Positions 51,521-54,217 of a stretch of DNA of 54,217 nt are shown piece after piece; position 1 is the first letter of the stretch, and the number at the start of each line of letters is the position of its first letter. The position numbers and the translations under genes are program-made. The stretch comes from Candidatus Competibacteraceae bacterium. Lineage in GTDB: Bacteria > Pseudomonadota > Gammaproteobacteria > Competibacterales > JAHEDQ01. The notes under the pieces were generated by a model. That model was not told the origin of the DNA. It did not search any database and was given only the letters and a program-made list of their open reading frames with translations. The stretch is taken from contig JAHEDQ010000004.1 in NCBI GenBank assembly GCA_024641125.1, positions 1-54,217 on the forward strand, given 5' to 3'.

Positions 51521-54079
51521 TCAGTCAAGCGGTACCGGCCGCCGGCGGTCCTTTCCGCCCTCCACCTTCTTGTCTTCTCCCCCGGACAGCGGTGGCACCG
51601 GGCCAAGCCCCCAGATCTGTTCGCTGTACTCGCGTATGGTCCGGTCAGTGGAGAACTTACCGCTGGCTGCGCTGTTCAGGATGCTCATGCGTACCCAGCG
51701 AGGGCGGTCGGCATAGGCTTTGGCCACCTCTCCCTGCGTATCCACATAGGCGCGGAAATCCGCGGCGGTCATCCACGGATCGTTGACGCTGAGCACCGCG
51801 TCGACAATGGGCTCGAACAGACCCGGCTCGAAGCGACTGAAATGACCGCTCCGGATGAGATCGAGGACGACCTGCAAGTCGGTATCCACTTCAGGCGCAA
51901 CGCCCGCATCTGCCTGCTGGCGCGCTGCGTGGATCTGCTCGACGGTGAGACCAAACAGAAAAAAATTGTCCGCCCCAACCTCTTCGCGGATCTCGATGTT
52001 GGCCCCGTCGAGGGTACCGATGGTCACCGCACCGTTCATCATGAACTTCATGTTGCCGGTGCCCGATGCCTCCTTGCCGGCGGTGGATATCTGCTCGGAC
52101 AGATCGGTACCCGGGCAGATCTGCTCCATGGCGGAAACCCGATAGTCGGGCAGGAAAGCCAGCCGCAGCCACGGTGTTACCTGCCGGTCCGCATTGATCA
52201 CGGCGGCCACGTTGTTCACCAGTTTGATGATCAGCTTGGCCATGACATAGCCGGGCGCCGCTTTGCCGCCGATCAAAACACAGCGCGGCGTCATACCATC
52301 GGTATCTCCCGCCTTGATGCGTCGGTAGAGATGGATGACGTGCAGCACGTTCAACAACTGACGCTTGTACTCGTGAATACGCTTGACCTGCACATCGAAC
52401 AACGCGTCGGTGTCGAATTCGATACCGCAGTCACGTAGAACAGCGGCTGCGAGTCGGGCCTTGTTGGCCTGCTTGACGCCCTGCCAGCGGGCATGGAACG
52501 AAGGATCGTCCGCCAAGGCCCGTAATCCGCTCAAACGCTCCAAATCGGTAACCCAGGTCGAGCCCAGGGTCTCGTCGAGCAGATCGGCCATACCCGGGTT
52601 GCAGCCCAGCAACCACCGCCGCGGCGTGACGCCGTTGGTTTTATTGTTGAACCGCTGTGGCCAAAGCTGGAAGAAATCCCGAAACAGGCCTTCCGTCAAG
52701 AGGCGCGAGTGCAAGGCGGCTACGCCGTTGACCGAGGCGCTGCCGACGATGGCCAGGAACGCCATGCGCACCATGGGCTCGTGTCCGTTCTCGGCAATGA
52801 TGGACATGCGCCGCAGGCGGTCATTGTCACCGGGCCAGGCCTGAGCAACCTGGGTCAGAAAGCGCGCGTTGATCTCGAAGATGATTTCCATCAACCGGGG
52901 CAGCAGCGTTTTGAACTGGCGAACCGGCCATTGCTCCAGGGCCTCGGGCAGCAACGTGTGGTTGGTATAGGCCATCGTCTGGGTGGTGATCTCCCAGGCC
53001 GCGTCCCATTCCAATCCGTGATCATCCATCAGCAGGCGCATCAGTTCCGGAACCGCGCAGGTCGGATGGGTATCGTTGAGCTGGAAGCGGTTCTTATCGG
53101 CAAAGTCGGCAAAATTCTCACCGTGGAACCGCTTCCAGTAACGCAAGGCATCCTGCATGCTGGCCGACGCCAGAAAATACTGCTGCCGGAGTCGCAGCTC
53201 CTTGCCGTTCTCACTGGCATCGTTTGGGTAGAGCACCATGCTGATGTGCTCCGCGGCGTTCTTTGCCGCCACCGACTCCGGGTAGCTGCCGGCATTGAAC
53301 TCGCCCAGGTCAAACTCATCGGTTGCGGCCGCCTTCCACAGCCGCAAGGTGTTAACTGTGCCGTTGCGATACCCGGGAACCGGCACATCGTAGGGCACAG
53401 CCAGTACGTCCTGGCTGTCCACCCAACGACCGCGCTGGCGGCCGTCGGCGTCGCGGTACATTTCTCCCCGCCCGCCGAACTTCACGCGCTGGGTGAACTC
53501 CGGGCGCTCGATCTCCCACGGATTGCCGTTGCGCAGCCAGTGATCGGGTTCCTCAACCTGATGGCCATTCTCAATGTGTTGCCGGAACATGCCGTACTCG
53601 TAGCGAATGCCATAACCCTTCACCGGTAACTGCAGGGTGGCGCAGCTGTCCAGGAAACAGGCTGCCAGACGGCCCAGACCGCCATTTCCCAATCCCGCGT
53701 CCTGCTCGGCCTGTTCCAGGTCGGCAAGCTGGAGCCCCAACTTTTCCAGACCCTCGGAAACCGCATCCCGCAATCCCAGATTCAGCAGGGCGTTGTCCAG
53801 GGTTCGTCCCATGAGAAACTCGAGGGACAGGTAGTAGGTACGGCGGCAGGAACGCTCCTGGTATGCATACAGGGTAAGCTGCCAGCGTTCCATCAAGCGA
53901 TCCCTTACTGCCAGGGCAAGCGCCTGGAACAGATAGTGCGGCGAACGGCAATAGCGGTCTCGCCCCAGGGTGTGGCTGAAATGACGGCGCAAATCGTCAA
54001 TCACGCTTTCCTCGTCCATGCCCATGGCACGACGCTCAATCAAACTGTCTCCGGGGTATCCGTTCTCGGTTTGCAACAT
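51521..54079 (-). CDS. glgP: Glycogen/alpha-glucan phosphorylase
   Basis: GLGNGGLGRLAAC, QLNDTHP, YTNHT, KRIHEYKRQ and PLP site EASGTGNMK. Confidence 0.97.
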   Translation of the reverse strand: MLQTENGYPGDSLIERRAMGMDEESVIDDLRRHFSHTLGRDRYCRSPHYLFQALALAVRDRLMERWQLTLYAYQERSCRRTYYLSLEFLMGRTLDNALLNLGLRDAVSEGLEKLGLQLADLEQAEQDAGLGNGGLGRLAACFLDSCATLQLPVKGYGIRYEYGMFRQHIENGHQVEEPDHWLRNGNPWEIERPEFTQRVKFGGRGEMYRDADGRQRGRWVDSQDVLAVPYDVPVPGYRNGTVNTLRLWKAAATDEFDLGEFNAGSYPESVAAKNAAEHISMVLYPNDASENGKELRLRQQYFLASASMQDALRYWKRFHGENFADFADKNRFQLNDTHPTCAVPELMRLLMDDHGLEWDAAWEITTQTMAYTNHTLLPEALEQWPVRQFKTLLPRLMEIIFEINARFLTQVAQAWPGDNDRLRRMSIIAENGHEPMVRMAFLAIVGSASVNGVAALHSRLLTEGLFRDFFQLWPQRFNNKTNGVTPRRWLLGCNPGMADLLDETLGSTWVTDLERLSGLRALADDPSFHARWQGVKQANKARLAAAVLRDCGIEFDTDALFDVQVKRIHEYKRQLLNVLHVIHLYRRIKAGDTDGMTPRCVLIGGKAAPGYVMAKLIIKLVNNVAAVINADRQVTPWLRLAFLPDYRVSAMEQICPGTDLSEQISTAGKEASGTGNMKFMMNGAVTIGTLDGANIEIREEVGADNFFLFGLTVEQIHAARQQADAGVAPEVDTDLQVVLDLIRSGHFSRFEPGLFEPIVDAVLSVNDPWMTAADFRAYVDTQGEVAKAYADRPRWVRMSILNSAASGKFSTDRTIREYSEQIWGLGPVPPLSGGEDKKVEGGKDRRRPVPLD

Positions 54080-54117
54080 GTGGCCGAAACTCCGTCAAAT
54101 TTATGGATCGTTGCGTA

Positions 54118-54173
54118 TTAAGGAGGGTCTGATCAATTGCTGCGATCGTATCAATTGATCAGACCTTCCTTAA
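54118..54173. mobile_element. 48-bp ends-only derivative of MITE family C with TTAA direct repeats
   Basis: TTAA-GGAGGGTCTGATCAATTG-CTGCGATCGTAT-CAATTGATCAGACCTTCC-TTAA. Confidence 0.8.
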
Positions 54174-54217
54174 GCCGCCCTAATCCGGTGCCCATTTGAA
54201 CAACCCGGCACCCAGGG

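Overview
A GC-rich gammaproteobacterial chromosomal segment; the gene set suggests a Chromatiales-like H2/sulfur lithotroph (inference). The housekeeping backbone is ilvE-glnE, groESL, fxsA, dsbD-tlpA, aroQ-accBC-prmA-dusB-fis-purHD, rho-trxA-rhlB, phoBR-sixA-ppx, rppH-ptsP, a HAD phosphatase, a MATE transporter and glgP. Four accessory modules are embedded in it: (1) an Isp-type group 1e [NiFe]-hydrogenase operon (hynS-isp1-isp2-hynL) with a divergent hypCABDFE operon; (2) an isolated pilV-pilW-pilX triad with a long PilX; (3) a rubrerythrin / Fe-S oxidoreductase / DUF3501 operon containing an encapsulated-ferritin-type gene that lacks a targeting peptide and has no encapsulin nearby; (4) a pair of hemerythrin genes. 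The intergenic DNA holds at least four families of small non-coding inverted-repeat elements (MITE-like, one with IS5-type ends). These include a nested insertion between phoB and phoR and a 48-bp ends-only derivative. Despite unrelated termini, all four families share one structured module (CAAGGCG-stem-CGCAG-hairpin-RAG-stem'-CAACGC). No transposase, rRNA, tRNA or CRISPR array was seen. All calls come from motif recognition by eye; no searches were run.
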